Assembly (NCBI GenBank): GCA_015680685.1
Contig: MNCI01001919.1
Span: forward strand, 628,416 to 692,415
Source: Gnetum montanum
Taxonomy: Eukaryota > Plantae > Gnetophyta
DNA length: 64,000 nt
Direction: 5' to 3'
The notes below the pieces were generated by a model, which worked only from the letters and a program-made list of their open reading frames with translations, was not told the origin of the DNA and did not search any database. This document shows positions 27,601 through 41,328 of this stretch, piece by piece (position 1 is the stretch's first letter; each line of letters opens with the position of its first letter). The translations under genes were made by a program, and so were the position numbers.

Positions 27601-28458
27601 CTACCAAGAAGAAAAATTGACAAGAGAATGCCTTATACTTCAATGTTCAAAAGCTGAATAGACATTTTAGAGAAATAGAAGGCATCTATCCTCTATAGTA
27701 GATGTCTCGTAGAAGATGTCTCACTTTCCAGGTAGATGTCTCACTTGCATTGAGGGAAATCTCATATAGATGTTTAAACTTCAAAATAGACATCTACATT
27801 AGCCATTTGCTAGTCATTGCATAAATTTTGAGGATTTTTCAAAAACTATGAGGCTATAGGATGATGTCAAAATATTGGAAATTATGCAAGAATTATTCAC
27901 ATAAAAGTTCTTCATTGCCTATTTTAAGAAATTCTATTTTTGCTCTTCATTCTAACATCATTTACTTTATTATAATTGTACTAAGATTTAAGTACAAGGA
28001 ATTGTTAATTTAGTTACACTATTTTCTTATTCTTTTCTTCCCTTTTTATATCCCTACGAGGTTGATGTGCTTCTTATGAGAAGACATCCTTGTTTAGCTT
28101 GTTGGGATCCTACTAGATTGATTGGTTTTGTGGTGTTAAAACACTCTAGAGAATAGCTTAATTTTGTAAAGGATGTGGGGTCCTCTAAACCACATTTTGA
28201 GCTTGTTGGAACCTTGCAGGATTGAGTGGTTTTTTAGTGATAAAACACTCTAGAGCATAGCTCAAAGCTTGTACAAGAAGTGGTGCTCTTCAAACCATAT
28301 TTTTTAAGAAACAAAGTCTAGAGATGTGCATGGATTCTCCCCTCCAAGTGCGGACATACCCAAGTTGGGAAACCATGTAAAATCTGGTATTTTTTTGTGG
28401 TTAGTGTAATTTTAATTGGAGAACTTATTCAACCCTCCTTCTATGTTCTTGATCCATA
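21644..28458 (+). mobile_element. SIRE-like (Copia) non-autonomous element A: LTRs 21644-22701 and 27381-28458, gag ~22757-24200, no pol
   Basis: TGTTGACCTTTTGG...GATCCA ends; PBS AGTGGTATTAAAG (tRNA-Met type). gag EIWKTLKATYEGT with a CCHC relic. Two PPTs (~27041, ~27366). TSD AAGTA/AGGTA. Excision restores host RT EIQVDLEKI. Confidence 0.9.
24207..25346 (-). mobile_element. Solo LTR of the same SIRE-like family, antisense inside element A
   Basis: Reverse complement of the family LTR, ending CCAAAAGGCCAACA. No internal domain. TSD AAAAC/AAAAT. Confidence 0.85.
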
Positions 28459-28463
28459 AGGTA

Positions 28464-29846
28464 GACCTTGAAAAGATAAATATTATCTAAGAAATTACCA
28501 GGAAATCTCAAATTATTAAAGATATGAGGTTATTCCTTAGTCATACTGGTTACTAGTGTTTTATTTAAAGCCTTTCTAAAATCACCAAGATACTAGTTGA
28601 GGTTACCAATAAGGATGTTACATTTGAATGGATCAACAAATGGGAACAAGCATTCCAACAATTGATGCAAAATCTTGTAGAAATACCAATTCTACATGCT
28701 TCTAATTGGTCTAAATCATTTCACATCATGATAGATAAATCTAGCTATGCATTGAATGTGGTGCTTATACAAATGGATGATCAAAAAAATCCATATTACA
28801 CCCACTATAAAAGTAAGATATTTTTGGATGAACAAATTAGTTACACCACTATAGAAAATGAACTCATGGTGGTGGTGTACTCTCTAGAAAAATTCAACCA
28901 ATATATGCTTGGATATCTAATTTTTATGCACACTGCTCATTGTGCAATTTACTTCCTAATGAACAAGCCAACATTGAGTCCTAATGTTATAAAATGGATG
29001 ATAATCTTGTAGAAGTTTGATCTAATAATATTGGATAGAAAGGAAACCAAAAACATAGTTGTAGATTATCTATCTCATTTAAGATGGGATCATAATAATA
29101 ATGAAGAATCCTTGTCTCATCCATTTCTAGATGAGCTTCTATTTAATAAGGTAATTAAACTTCATACACCATGGGTCAAAAATTGGTATGATGAATTTCT
29201 CTCATATCTACTCACATAGGAGACTCCTGTCAAATGTGAACATAGGAGGAAATAGTAGTTTCTTCAATAGGTCAAGCACTACATAAAGATAAAGGAAAAC
29301 CTCTACAACGTTTATGCTAATAGCCTAGTACAAGGTTGTATACTTGACATAAATCAACTAAGAGTCCTCTAATATGCTCATGAGGATCCTTGTAGGGACC
29401 ACTATGTAGGAAGCAAAATGATCATAAAGATCTTGATGGTAAGATATTTTTGGCTAATGATCTCAAAGGACATCCACTACTTCACCCATTCATGTGAATG
29501 ATGCCAATGAGATGGAGGAATAACAACCATGATGGAAGGATCCCAATAGTTAATTTAATCATTATAATGTTTCTACTTTTGGAAAATTAACTTCATGGAA
29601 TCCATCACTTCCATGTCCAATGAGAAGTCTTATATCATCATTGCTATTGACTACTGTACAAAATGGGATAAATTTGTAGTCATTCTTGACTATACCTCTA
29701 CTATTGTAGCATGATTTTTTCAACAATAGGTAGTAAATAGGTTTGGTATGCCTAGAGTACTAATTTTGATAATGGAACATACTTCATAGAAACTACGTTT
29801 AATACGTTAATGTAACACTTGGGGTTGCAACATAAACTTATAACAT
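28464..29846 (+). mobile_element. Athila-like element 2 pol, part 2 (RT end, RNase H, integrase N-terminal part)
   Basis: FHIMIDKSSYALNVVL, YTTIENELMVVVYSLEKF, NIVVDYLSHL, HEDPCRDHY, IIAIDYCTKW, LIFDNGTYF. Confidence 0.92.
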
Positions 29847-30881
29847 TGGTGTAGGAACACCTCTTTGTGATTTCCTTGTGCCTTATCCTATAAGTTTTTT
29901 TTGTAGGTTTTTCACTTGAAGAAGACCTAGGCAAGTGTGTCTAATTAGTGTGTGTCTTCTTGTGTTAATTTTGGATGATGATGACTCTTGGATGTTTTGG
30001 CAAGTTTGGAGGTGTTTTGGGCTCATTTTGATGAGTTTAGGATGTTCCAGAATCTATAAGGACTTATTTCAAAGCATCTGAAGGTTCCAAGCATCAAAAT
30101 AAGAATTTTTATATTTGGAATCTATAGGTGAGACATCTCAAAAAAATAGTAGACATCTCACACAAGAGCTAGGTTTTTGTAGTAGACGTCTTAGCAAAGC
30201 CAAAGATGTCTTAGACAATGAGGAAAAAGCTCCAAAATGGCAATTTTGATGGAGAAATATTTGAAAGACTCCAGATCCTTGTGGAAAAAATTTAGAAAGG
30301 TGAATAGAAAGATTCCTAGGATTTTGGGTCTTTATAATATGTATGCATCCATCCATGAAGAAGAGAAAAGAGTACATCTATGCATGAAAGTGAGAGAAAA
30401 ATATTTCAAGAGTGGAGAGCTGGGCAAGAGAGAGTCAGTGAGCACATTAAGTAAGTGCAAATAGTGATTGCAACTCCAAGATCAGCTTGTGATGTGTTGG
30501 TATATGTGTTCTACTCTTTTGTATCTCACTTGTGAGTTGAGATATCAATCCCAAGCTGTGGAAGATATTTTTATTGATTCTGTCTTGCATTAAGAATAGC
30601 CATTGTGTGGTTGTAGGGCCTCATGCTTTGCAATATCAATTGAGTGTGATAGGTTTTGGATGCTTGTGGGTTTTGGGAATCCTAATCTAATCTTCTCATA
30701 AAGTAATTGAAGATAGCTAGTTTTCTTGTTTTCTAGCAAATAATTCTATCTTTTGCATAATATCTAGATTTAGTGCATTGAAGGTAATGTAATTATTGAA
30801 GTGAACCTACTCTAGTGTTATTGGTATCAAAGCTTAGTTTTATTGTTGCTTGGATTTTGGTTGATGTTTTGTTAATTTCAG

Positions 30882-32665
30882 ATGGCATCCAAGAAGAAAT
30901 AGGTACAAGATCTAAATTAGAACATGAAGAGCATGAACTCTACCTTCCAAATGATGGTTTCTTGATTGAATAAAATCAACATGAAGGTAGATAGAAATGC
31001 TAGTCCTAGCCATATTTAGACCTGTAGAGGTGAAGAGCATGTATGTTTAGATAAAAACGTTTTATAGTTAGGTGGAGATGGAATGGATGAAGAGGAAGGT
31101 CAATCCAACTATGGGAGTGTAGGAAACCATCAGCTAAGGATTCCAATGGAAGGGAATCCAATTCCTCAAATAAGAACTCAAAGGACTCCAATGTTGTTCA
31201 ATACATAGAGTTGAAGACTTTTAATGTTGTAGATGGCACCAATGCTTTTGCAAGTTGGTTGAAGGTACTTGAGAAGCATTTTTAGTTGAAAGAGGTAACA
31301 AATAACTTGGGGCACCTATTATTGAATCTAGATTAAAAGGTATGGCTTCTACTCCCAATGTTATGAAAGATGAAATGGTAAACCTATTAGAGATTAGGAT
31401 CTGATGAAATACAAGATCAAGAGAAAATTTGAATAATCTCATCAAAGGCAAGAAATCATTATGAAGTTAAAATTTTAGAGGTAAGGTAACAAGGATGTTA
31501 AAGAATTATACATTAAATTTTTTAATCTATTTTATCAAGGTAAACTAAGAGGAGTATGAGTAAACCTCAAGATTTTTAGGAGGTCTCAAAATGGCATACT
31601 AGCAAGAGTTGTTCTTTTATGAGCCACAAACTCTTAATGAGGCTTATGATTTGGCACTCAAGACTAAGAAGAAATTAGGTGGATTTGGAAATAGAAGCAA
31701 ACAAACTTCAAAGAAGAAGGAGAATGGAACTATATTTGATAAGGGATGCAAGTCCAAATCTAAAGACAGGACAGAATTTAAGATAAGAAGACTAAAAGAG
31801 TTGATGAGAAGGGCAAAGCCAAGAAGGACCAAGGCAAGGGAGGCAAGGATCAATGTAGTAGCTCATCAAAACTATAGTGCCTTAAATGTGGAGAATGGGA
31901 ACATAAGCATTGGAAATTTCCACTTAACAAGAAAGCCAAGGGAAAATATCTGTAAACCATGGATGTGAAGGAGACATTAAGCCAAGCTCTTCAGAGAGGT
32001 AATTATAATGCTTCAAAGATAGAGGATGTTTCTGAATTAAATGCTTATTCTTTTATGAGGAATGTGAAGAGAGGAGATCATCCTAATAGGAAACAATTGT
32101 TTTTTATTATGGCTAGTTGTTTGCTTAGGGGGGAATGGATTCATGTTTTGATTAATGGAAAAGCCCAAGAAAATGTTATTTCTTCTAGAATACTTACTAG
32201 ATTGGTTTTGATAACTAATCCTCATCCTAGACCATATAAGGTGCATTGGTTATCTAAATAATTTTCCCAAGAGGTAAGGGAACAATGTAATTTGAAATTT
32301 AAAATTGAAAGTTTTTATGATGTTAATAAGTATGATGTACTTCCAATAGATTGTGTTGATATAATTCTTGGTAGACCTTGGAATTTTAACAATGGTGATT
32401 AGTTTGATGGAGCAAGAAATGTATGGAATGTTTCTAAACATCATGGAATTCATGATTTTTTTTCTATGACAACTGAACAAGTGAGGCAATGAAGCTCACT
32501 TAATGCTTCCTTAATATTTCTATGATAGAGAGAATATATTAAAGAACATGATGAAACTGGTTTTGGTTTTGTTATTGTGACAAAAATTGCTAATAACCAT
32601 GATGATGTGTAGGTTTAACATCCTATATGTGTTCTAGGCTTGAAGGAGAAATTTCCCAAGGTGTT
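30882..32665 (+). mobile_element. CRM-like gag-protease (degenerate)
   Basis: PQTLNEAYDLALK, VLINGKAQENVIS, HPRPYKVHWL and DVLPIDCVDIILGRPW motifs. Confidence 0.88.
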
Positions 32666-33678
32666 TGATGAGTGCCGAGGTACCCCTACACTCAACCATA
32701 CGAAACGAGCGTAGCACGCATGATCCGGTCGAACTCTGCAGACGGACTCGTTGTGGCACCTAGACAGTTATCCTTAGGTCGTAGATCGCTGTCTTCCCAC
32801 ATGGGCTAGTATTGTACTTGTCATGTATGGTTTAGTCTAGATGAGATGTATGATGTGTTCCTAATCTATGCTACTCCTGAAGGTAATGGAAAAGAATATT
32901 AACTAAGCTAAGCTAGGAGGAAAAGGGTAAGAGAATCTAATCTAGCCTAAGTGCGACAAGCAACCGATTCCTTGATCAACCGTACACATCTTGGACCTCA
33001 TGCACGACTACCACTAGGATTACCAAGCACAAATCCTAGGTATGCTACTGGGCTACCAAGTAGTCACACTTAAATGCTCATAATCAAGTCATACTCGTTC
33101 CGCGTTCTAGGAGTTTAAGGGTGAGAGAGCGAAAACAGTAAATAAAATTAATTAAATAAACAAATAAATAACAAAGTGACTACAACAATGATGAAGTAAT
33201 CTTGATCTTTATTGCCAATCATGTGTGTGTCCAAGTACGTCACACTCGAATAAAGGATGCCGTACAATTACGTTCACCACACTACGGGCAGACACGGGAA
33301 AATAAACTATCTCTGGAGTGGCCAAACTACTAGAGCTTTGCTACTTCTAACTCCTAATACCTAAAACTAGGAAAGCTGCCTCTTATTTATAGATATGGTG
33401 GCGGACTACGATATCACGTACGCGATATCACGGGGGATGCGATATTGCGGCAGACGCAATATCGCGTACAGGATATCGCGGTCTATGCAAATCGTGTCTT
33501 ATCATACCCCCACGACTGAATAAAAACTTGTCCTCAAGTTACAAGGAGAATAAGCTTCATTGATTACACAGTGGATAGGTATGGGATTATTAACTGGAAA
33601 AACAAAAAATGAAATGATGCCGCAATGTGGGAAGACACAACACACAGAAAAAGAATACTACACTACAAAAAGTGAAAC

Positions 33679-36465
33679 TCATGTAGTTCCTGGTGGCAGT
33701 GGCTCCTCCATGGGTGCTTTTCCTTTGTCATGTGCTCTAGGCTTTGAAGGTTGACAATGCTGAAGAATGGCTTGGAGCTTCTCCTCTTCAGTCTAAAGAT
33801 CTTGTGTCGTCCATGCTAATGTTTCGATGTTTGACGGAGTCGGCACTTCCCACGGACAAGGTAGTTGCGAAAACATCTGATTAGCCTTGACATACCATGC
33901 CACGAACACCCGTCATTCCTCTTCATAGGCTTTGGCTTTATCTTTGTATTCATAAAGATCTGTTAGCTATCAAGCCAAGTCGGTTGCAACATATTTCTGT
34001 CCCTGGTAGCTTTCTTTTACCACCGCAAGTTCAAAATTTACGACATCTAGTTTCTTAGCTAGCTTCTTGCACTCTGCAAATTCTGCTTCATATTTGATGT
34101 GGGTGGAAGCTACCTACTGCTTGAGCTCTAACCTCAGGCATCCTACTGTTAACATCCAGGTTAGCATATCTAAGGTTTACCAACTCCATGTATTCGGTCA
34201 AGTCTTGGATCTGCAGGTCCCAGTTCTTAACTTCCGCTTGGTGGACGAAGGCGTAAGCATCCAATATGGCCCTTCAATCAGTGTGCTAAGAACTGATGTT
34301 GTTGATTTGAGCCTTGACCATATGGATCTCCTTCTCCAGGATTTGTTTGTACATCCCCACCTAATCACAGAAATGCTCGTTCAGCTTCTCGTGTCATTTA
34401 GCCTCATTCTTCCACACGCTTATCTCGATGGCTGATTTATAGTGAATAGCACATACATCCTCCATTGAGAGGGTTCGATTTTCTCTGGCTAAATGGCTTA
34501 CATCTTGATTGACCTGAATGAACTGTTCTCGTAATTGATGAAAGTGTTCATCGAGAACATTCTTTTGTTTCTCCACAGAAGTCAACCGAAGGTTATCTAC
34601 AACCAACTTCTTATTCTCTTCTTCTAAGGCCTTCAGTGCCTTAAGATGCACATGAGTTTGCACCCTTGCTGTGGAGGCATCCCAAGTGGTTGTCTCCTTT
34701 TCTTCTGCCACCTTCTTATTTTCTGCGATCAACTTTGTGTGTTGCTCTATTCTAAAGTTGTTAGCTGGTCTGCGGGAATGAAATGCAAAGGATCCCACTA
34801 TGATGCTTGTAGGGATATGAGCTGTTCTTGTAGTTTCTGTACTTTAGATTTAGCATGCTCTACCCTTACTTTAGATATGACCAGCTTCCCCTTTGTAGAA
34901 ATGAGGTCTGATTGAATTGCTATTCCATCCTAGGGGATGTCAAACAAGGACATCAGAACTTGTCCTATTTGTAGCAATCGATCTAGTGCATCCTCATGTT
35001 CCTCAGGAGTCATTGAGGTTCCGACAAGAGTTTGAGCATCTCATGCTCCTTAAAGATCTGTCGATAATACAACAGGTACGTTAAAGGATTCTTTGATATG
35101 GTCAGTGACCACTTTAGTAGCTCCCGCGGCATCCTAGTGTTGCATGACCACCGCAGTGGCCCCTTCATCAATCTCTAACTACACTTGAAAAGATGCCATG
35201 TTTCCTAAGATTTGTTGTGATCATCTACTTTCCCCTCCTCCTGTTTGAATTGATAATTCGTCCCTTGTGTGATCTAATGAAATAGTAGGCTGGTCGGCAT
35301 CATCGATGACATGGAAGAGGTTTGCGTCATCACGACTTCCCCAACTAACCATCTCCACGATGGTCCTAAGGTGGCTCATCGATGGTTTGTAGTCTTGTAG
35401 CGGCGATGGCTGATCCTGGCCTATGCTAGGCCCTACTTCTTGTTGTTGGCTAGGGCCCGTGGCTGGAGGTTGGCTGGGTCCTGCAAGTTGAGTTGTAGGT
35501 GATCCAATCATCTATTCTTCTTCATCATCATTTCTTAGCTCTTCGCCAGTGCTCTTTCTTGGAGCTAGTGCCTTTAATAACTCAACATAAGAAGCATTCT
35601 GGGCCTTTTGGAGGACATCATTTGTATACCCCTGAATACCAACCCATCGGCACAGTTTTCTAATAAGGTAGGGAAAAGGCAGTGTCATCTTCCCTGACTT
35701 TCGTTCTTCAAATCACCTTAGGATCTCTGTCAAATATAGATGGGGAAGGTTAGTGTTAATCTTTCCCATCAACACTGCACATCCCCTGGCTGCATACATC
35801 GATATTCTTTTCAAACCTTTTGTGGGGAAGAGGTGATAGGTTCCAATTTTGAAATAAACCCGCTCTTCTGTCGTCAGCTCACCAAAATTTTTATCTCTGC
35901 CATAAGCCTTCTCTAACGAATCCTTTCGCACATCAAGGTCTAATCAAGTAGATAACTAAGCAACATGGAGGCTTGAATTCAGAAGGTTTAACACTTTCAA
36001 AATCACCTGCACAGAAAAGTCTACTGTCACACCACAAATGTTAACTGTGGTGCCTTGCTCCTTATTGTGCCAAAACTGGTACGTTTCACCAAAGTACCAA
36101 GCACCACATTCATAGAGGATAGGCCATAAGGGGGACTCCTTGAGGTGATCCCTAACAGCCTTAGGAGCTTACTCCGCAAAAGATTCAAAGTTTAGCTCCA
36201 TAATCACAACAGCAAATGTGGACTTCTCATGGATAGCCTAAACACACTCTGGAGGCAACGTGAGTTGTTGTCCCGGTTCAGGCACAACAGCAGCTCCTCT
36301 TTCTGCCTACTTGGACCGTCTGGTAGGAGGTTCTTCTTGATGGATGCTGAATGATTACACCTCCTATTCTACATGTTGTCTGGAAGGGACTTATCTTCCA
36401 CCTCTCCAAGGTTTTTTTGCTCCACCTTGAACAAGACCCTCTTGTTGTGCACGTTTTGGGGCCAT
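33679..36465 (-). pseudogene. Accessory ('env-like') ORF of Athila element 3, ~2.8 kb, disrupted
   Basis: Starts ...TGCAG|ATG GCC CCA AAA CGT (MAPKR). Contains LPFPYLIRKLC, a low-complexity P/Q/G linker and a long coiled-coil-like region (34394-34798). Ends EEPLPPGTT*. Confidence 0.8.
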
Positions 36466-36932
36466 CTGCAGTCACACAGGCCAAACGTTAGTAAGGTTGT
36501 TTTCAAATTCAAGTTATACCTTACTACATGCCTTTAATTAAGGATCTTATGTTATCATGTAATCGTGTCCAAAAATTATAATAATGGGTCCTATGACTTA
36601 GGTGGATTTCATTTTTAATCTCCCGGTGTACCTAAGGTCATATGATTTTTGGCACAATTTTTCTAAGTGTTAGTTTTAATTACCCTAATTGATGTCCTTT
36701 GGGCGATGATAAATTTCAAAATATTTGGGCACTTTTCAGTAAGTGTCTCTCCCCCATGACTAAATTAAACACTCTGGGTTCAAGCAGGTTTAAATGGAAT
36801 TAAAATCGGAGCACCAGTGAGCGAGATATGAGTGAAAAAGCAAGGGTCATGCAATCACAAGTCGCAGAGAAAAATTTCAAAAACTCCCCCTGTGTAAATG
36901 GGAAAATGATGCTAAGTGTTGTGGCAGGGGTA

Positions 36933-37024
36933 TCCTATTTATAGAAAAATAGGACACGATATCACGTACGATGCATCGAGTACGCGATATCACTTGGGAC
37001 GCGATATCGCATACGCAATATCCC
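36933..37024 (-). promoter_or_regulatory. Internal promoter-like module for the accessory ORF: CGATATCG palindrome array + TATA box
   Basis: CCTATTTATAG...GGACACGATATCACGTACG mirrors the LTR sequence CTTATTTATAG...GGACTACGATATCACGTACG (33382-33480 and 40757-40860). Confidence 0.7.
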
Positions 37025-37691
37025 ATCCCTAGTGATGTGAGACACATGAAAAATACTGAATTTTTAATTATTTTCTTGAAATTTATGGTGTAAATTGAGG
37101 ACATGGGCAAGTATTAAGATATCCTAGGGTAATTTCATGGATTTGAGAGGCACTCTTAATGATAATGATGTGAACTTTAGCAATAAAAATTTGGCGGTTA
37201 TGAAAAAAGGGAAGGTAATAGTACATTGGAATGTTAAAATGTAGAGGGATAATGGTAGGAAAAGAAAATTATAAAAAATTAAGCTAAGGGTAAGAAATTG
37301 TGTGTTTGAACTAGAGAATTAGTGAATATTATGAAAAATTACACAAGTTGGTCCTCCTCAAAGCAGGTTTCAACCTATTATGCCCTTGTGTAACAACACT
37401 TAAAGTGTCCGTGGGCACTAGAAGGGTTAAATGTAATCCACACTAACTCCACAAAACACATGCATGTAAGTATCACCGAAATGAGATGAAAATTCTATGC
37501 TACATGAGACACGAGCTACAATTACATGAATAGTTAGATGAGACAAAGTGTAGAAAGGGATCGTAGAGATTGGGACATGAGGTAATTGACCCAGGAACAG
37601 TGAATCCTACATGTAAAGCATGATTAATGTGTCATTGACCTGTCGTTCCAAGATTAGGACCAAGTCCATCCTTCAATCAGTGGCATCGCAT

Positions 37692-37998
37692 NNNNNNNNN
37701 NNNNNNNNNNNNNNNNNNNNNNNNNNNNNNNNNNNNNNNNNNNNNNNNNNNNNNNNNNNNNNNNNNNNNNNNNNNNNNNNNNNNNNNNNNNNNNNNNNNN
37801 NNNNNNNNNNNNNNNNNNNNNNNNNNNNNNNNNNNNNNNNNNNNNNNNNNNNNNNNNNNNNNNNNNNNNNNNNNNNNNNNNNNNNNNNNNNNNNNNNNNN
37901 NNNNNNNNNNNNNNNNNNNNNNNNNNNNNNNNNNNNNNNNNNNNNNNNNNNNNNNNNNNNNNNNNNNNNNNNNNNNNNNNNNNNNNNNNNNNNNNNNN
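37692..37998. other. Assembly gap (N run) inside Athila element 3
   Basis: Run of n characters. Confidence 1.
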
Positions 37999-38099
37999 AA
38001 AAAGATAAAAAGATAAAACAAAAAGTTAAAAAATGAAAAATTGGAAAACAAAAAGTTGTAAAATTAAAGAAAATGAAAAATATTTATTAACCCTGCTTG

Positions 38100-40084
38100 T
38101 TATTGAAATGGGGGGTATCCCCCATAACCAATCAGTTGAGTATGGCAAGGATTAATAAATGAAAGATAAGGATCCTTACATGTTGGAAGTATTGGAATCG
38201 GTCTATACTTATCCCCTCGAGGTTCACACTCTTGATTGTAATCAGCATAGTGGGGCACTTCATACGATGTAGTTCCCAGATAACAAGTTGATCCACTATG
38301 ATGTTGGTGACTGTTAGATGGTATGCAAGGATTAGGATGATGCCTCCCATGGTTGTGTTCATTGGGCCGTATAGTTGTTGGAGTGTAAGTTGGTGGCCCT
38401 GATGAAGTTACATGAGGCGTTGGGTTCGACGGTAAGGGTGTACCACATTGTTGGACTTGTGCTAGGTTGGAAGGTGCAGTGCCCTCTGAATTTTGTTGTC
38501 CCTTCCTATGGATGTGTTTAAAGAAAGGACACCTTTGATGTTGAGGAGGCTTTTCACTGCTGTTAGTAGCAGTAGCACAAGTGTTGTTCGTGGGTTGTTG
38601 TTGTGGCACAAACACCTTAGGAATAGTTGGTGGCACTGTGGAAGGAGGGAAAGGATGAGAATGTTGAAAGTTAGGAGGGATGTAAGGTGTACAAGGTGGT
38701 GGTTGTGTCAAAGGTATGGGCTGATTGTATTGTGGAGAATGGTATTATGGTGAGATAGAGTACGTTGGCCCAAATGGAGAAACAGGATGTTGAACGTGAT
38801 AAGCATTCGAGTTCGAAAAATATGAAGGGTGCCTCCAATCTATGGGTGGTCTCCCCCATGACTAGGATTGTTGCCACTATGATCGAACACAGTATCTCTG
38901 TATGAACTTTAGATGTAATGTGTTTCCCCAATGCTCATGTAAATGTAACAGTATTGGGCATTGACCCTTGGGGTGATCGTACAGGCATAGGTTGCATTCA
39001 TACGTAGAATTGGCAGTTGAGCGCTTATTCCCTTTATTCTTTTTTTATGAATGTCTATTGTTTCTTCCTACTTCTTGGGTTGTCAAAGCTCTATCTCCAA
39101 TATTATTGATAAATTCTTCACTCTTTTGATACATCCATTCCAACATCTTGTTGATCTTTGCCTCGACTTCTTCTAATGATTTTTGTATTGGCAAAAATGA
39201 TGTTTCCACCTTGAGATTTTTTGATCTCTCCTTGTTATGATCATGGACCTTCGTTGAGTTAAGATTTTGGTCCCGTTTATGTTTTTCAACACTCTCCCAT
39301 CTAGCTAATTCTCCTTCTTCTTTTGCTACCCGCTTAATAAGCTCTTGGATTTGGTGGGTTTGTACGTTGTATAGTTGACCTTGGGCATATACTCCTAAGG
39401 TCTCTCTTGTTTCATTATGTAGCCCATCAATAATATGGTACATTAGCCTTTCCTCAGAAAACCCATGGCCTGGACAGTTGTTTAACAATGCATAATATCT
39501 TTCTAAGGCCATGTCCAAGGGTTCATGCTATGCTTGTTTCCATCCTTGGATTTGTTTCCTCAAGGCTGACACTCTTGTGTAGGTTTGATATTTTTCATTA
39601 AAAACTTCTACCATTGTTGACCAGCGTCATATCGAATTTGGTTTTAATGATTGATACCATACTTTTGCTTGGTCAACGAGTGTCATGGGGAAGAGCTTAA
39701 GTTTTTGCCAATCATTATCAATGTTGTTCCACGTACAGGCATCGCAGAAGGCTTTTAAATGTTGATGCGGATCTAAGTCATAACCTCCTAAAAATTTAGG
39801 AAAGTTGTTTAAATCGAGCCTAGGTATATGACTCTCTTTACAATGCCTACGTGAGATTCAAATGGCCTCTTGTATTTACATTAAGCTTGTAGTGGCCAGT
39901 GGGGGTTCATCGTCATCTTGTAAGTTATGCCTTCGTGTGTTATGATGATGTTGTTTTTGTTCATTTTATAAGAAACTCCCACTTCAGGTTGTATACTCCA
40001 ATCTTCATTATCATATAGTTCGTTGGTTCTCCAATGAACTTCCTCACTAAGTGTGGCATTCTCATGCTCTTGTAGGAGAGGCAT
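38100..40084 (-). pseudogene. gag of Athila element 3 (disrupted), Pro/Gln-rich C-terminus
   Basis: FPKFLGG..DPHQHLKAFCDAC, KLKLFPMTLVDQAKVWYQSL and ERYYALLNNCPGHG (retrotransposon gag motifs). Confidence 0.9.
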
Positions 40085-40890
40085 TGTTGTGTGTGAATTT
40101 ATGTGACTTTTTATAATTACTTCTTTCTAAGAGATATATCGTTAAGTTCTTTATAGTGACCTTGTATGATATAACTAATCTAGATAACTAGCACCGCCCT
40201 TGGCAACGGTGCCAATGATGAGTGGTGAGGTACCCCTACACTCAACCATACAAAACAAGCGTAGCATGCACGATCCAGTCGAACTCCGCAGACGGACTAG
40301 TTGTGGCACCTAGACAGTTATCCTTAGGTCACAGTTCACTATCTTCCCACCTAGACTAGTATTGTACTTGTCATGTATGGTTTAGTCTAGATGAGGTGTA
40401 TGATGTGTTCCTAATCTATGCTACTCCTGAAGGCAATGGAAAATAATATTAACTAAGCTAAGCTAGGAGGAAAAGGGTAAGANCTAGGAGTTTAAGGGTG
40501 AGAGAGAGAAAATAGTAATTAACATTAAATAAATAAAAAATAAATAACAAAGTAGCTGCTGCAATGATGAAGTAATCTCGATCTTTATTTCCGGTCATGT
40601 GCGTGTCCAAGTACGTCAAACTCGAATAAAGGATGTCGTACAATTACATTCACCACACTGCAGGCAGACACAGAAAAATAAACTATCTCTGGAGTGGCCA
40701 AATTACCAGAGCTTCACTACTTCTAACTCCTAATACCTAAAACTGGGAAAGTCGCCTCTTATTTATAGATATGGTGGCGGACTACGATATCGCATACGCA
40801 ATATCGTAGGGAAGACATGATATTGCGGGGGATGCAATATCGTGGCAGACATGACATCGCAGCCTATACGAATAGTGTCTCATCAGTGTT

Positions 40891-41328
40891 CAAGAGGAAA
40901 TTAAATGTACTACCACTGATGAGAAATGTGCAACATTAGATTGACTTCATTCCTGGTGCTACAATTCCAAATGAGAGAGCTTACTAGTTGGCACCAAATT
41001 AAAGGATTACGTGCAAATGGCTTCATGAAGGAATCCATTTCACCTTGTGCAATTTGGGTAATGCTGGTGCTAAAGAAGAATAATGATAAATGGAGGATGT
41101 GCATTGATTTTAGGGTACTGAACATGCTAACAGTGAGGTATAGGTTTCCTATTCCAAGGATGGATGATGTCCTTGATATCCTTACTAATGTAGAGATTCT
41201 TAGAAAAATTGTTTTGAAGAGTGGTTACCATCAAATTAGAATCAAGCCTAGTGATGAGTGAAGGATAGCTTTCAAAATACTAGATAAATTATTTGAGTCA
41301 TTGGTGATGCCATTTGGGCTCACAAATA
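40891..41328 (+). mobile_element. CRM-like RT, part 1
   Basis: SPCAIWVMLVLKK, KWRMCIDFRVLN, RFPIPRMDD, SGYHQIRI, VMPFGLTN. Confidence 0.95.

Larger units (their letters stand above)
32666..40885 (-). mobile_element. Athila-lineage element 3, apparently non-autonomous (gag + accessory ORF, no pol); LTRs 40216-40885 (5') and 32666-33504 (3')
   Basis: TGATGAG...CTCATCA termini; perfect TSD GTGTT/GTGTT. Minus-strand PBS TTGGCACCGTTGCCAAGGG (tRNA-Asp type, an Athila hallmark) and PPT TGGGGGTA. Excision restores host EKFPKVFK. Confidence 0.95.

Noticed and set aside
37692-37998. Possibility that pol of Athila element 3 is hidden in the gap
   Set aside because: Coding sequence ends near 38100 and gives way to T-rich non-coding spacer before the gap, and the gap is sized at only ~300 nt. 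Considered unlikely but not strictly excluded.
40470-40495. Apparent ~170-bp deletion in the 5' LTR of Athila element 3 relative to its 3' LTR
   Set aside because: It coincides exactly with a single n at 40483, so it is most likely an assembly join.
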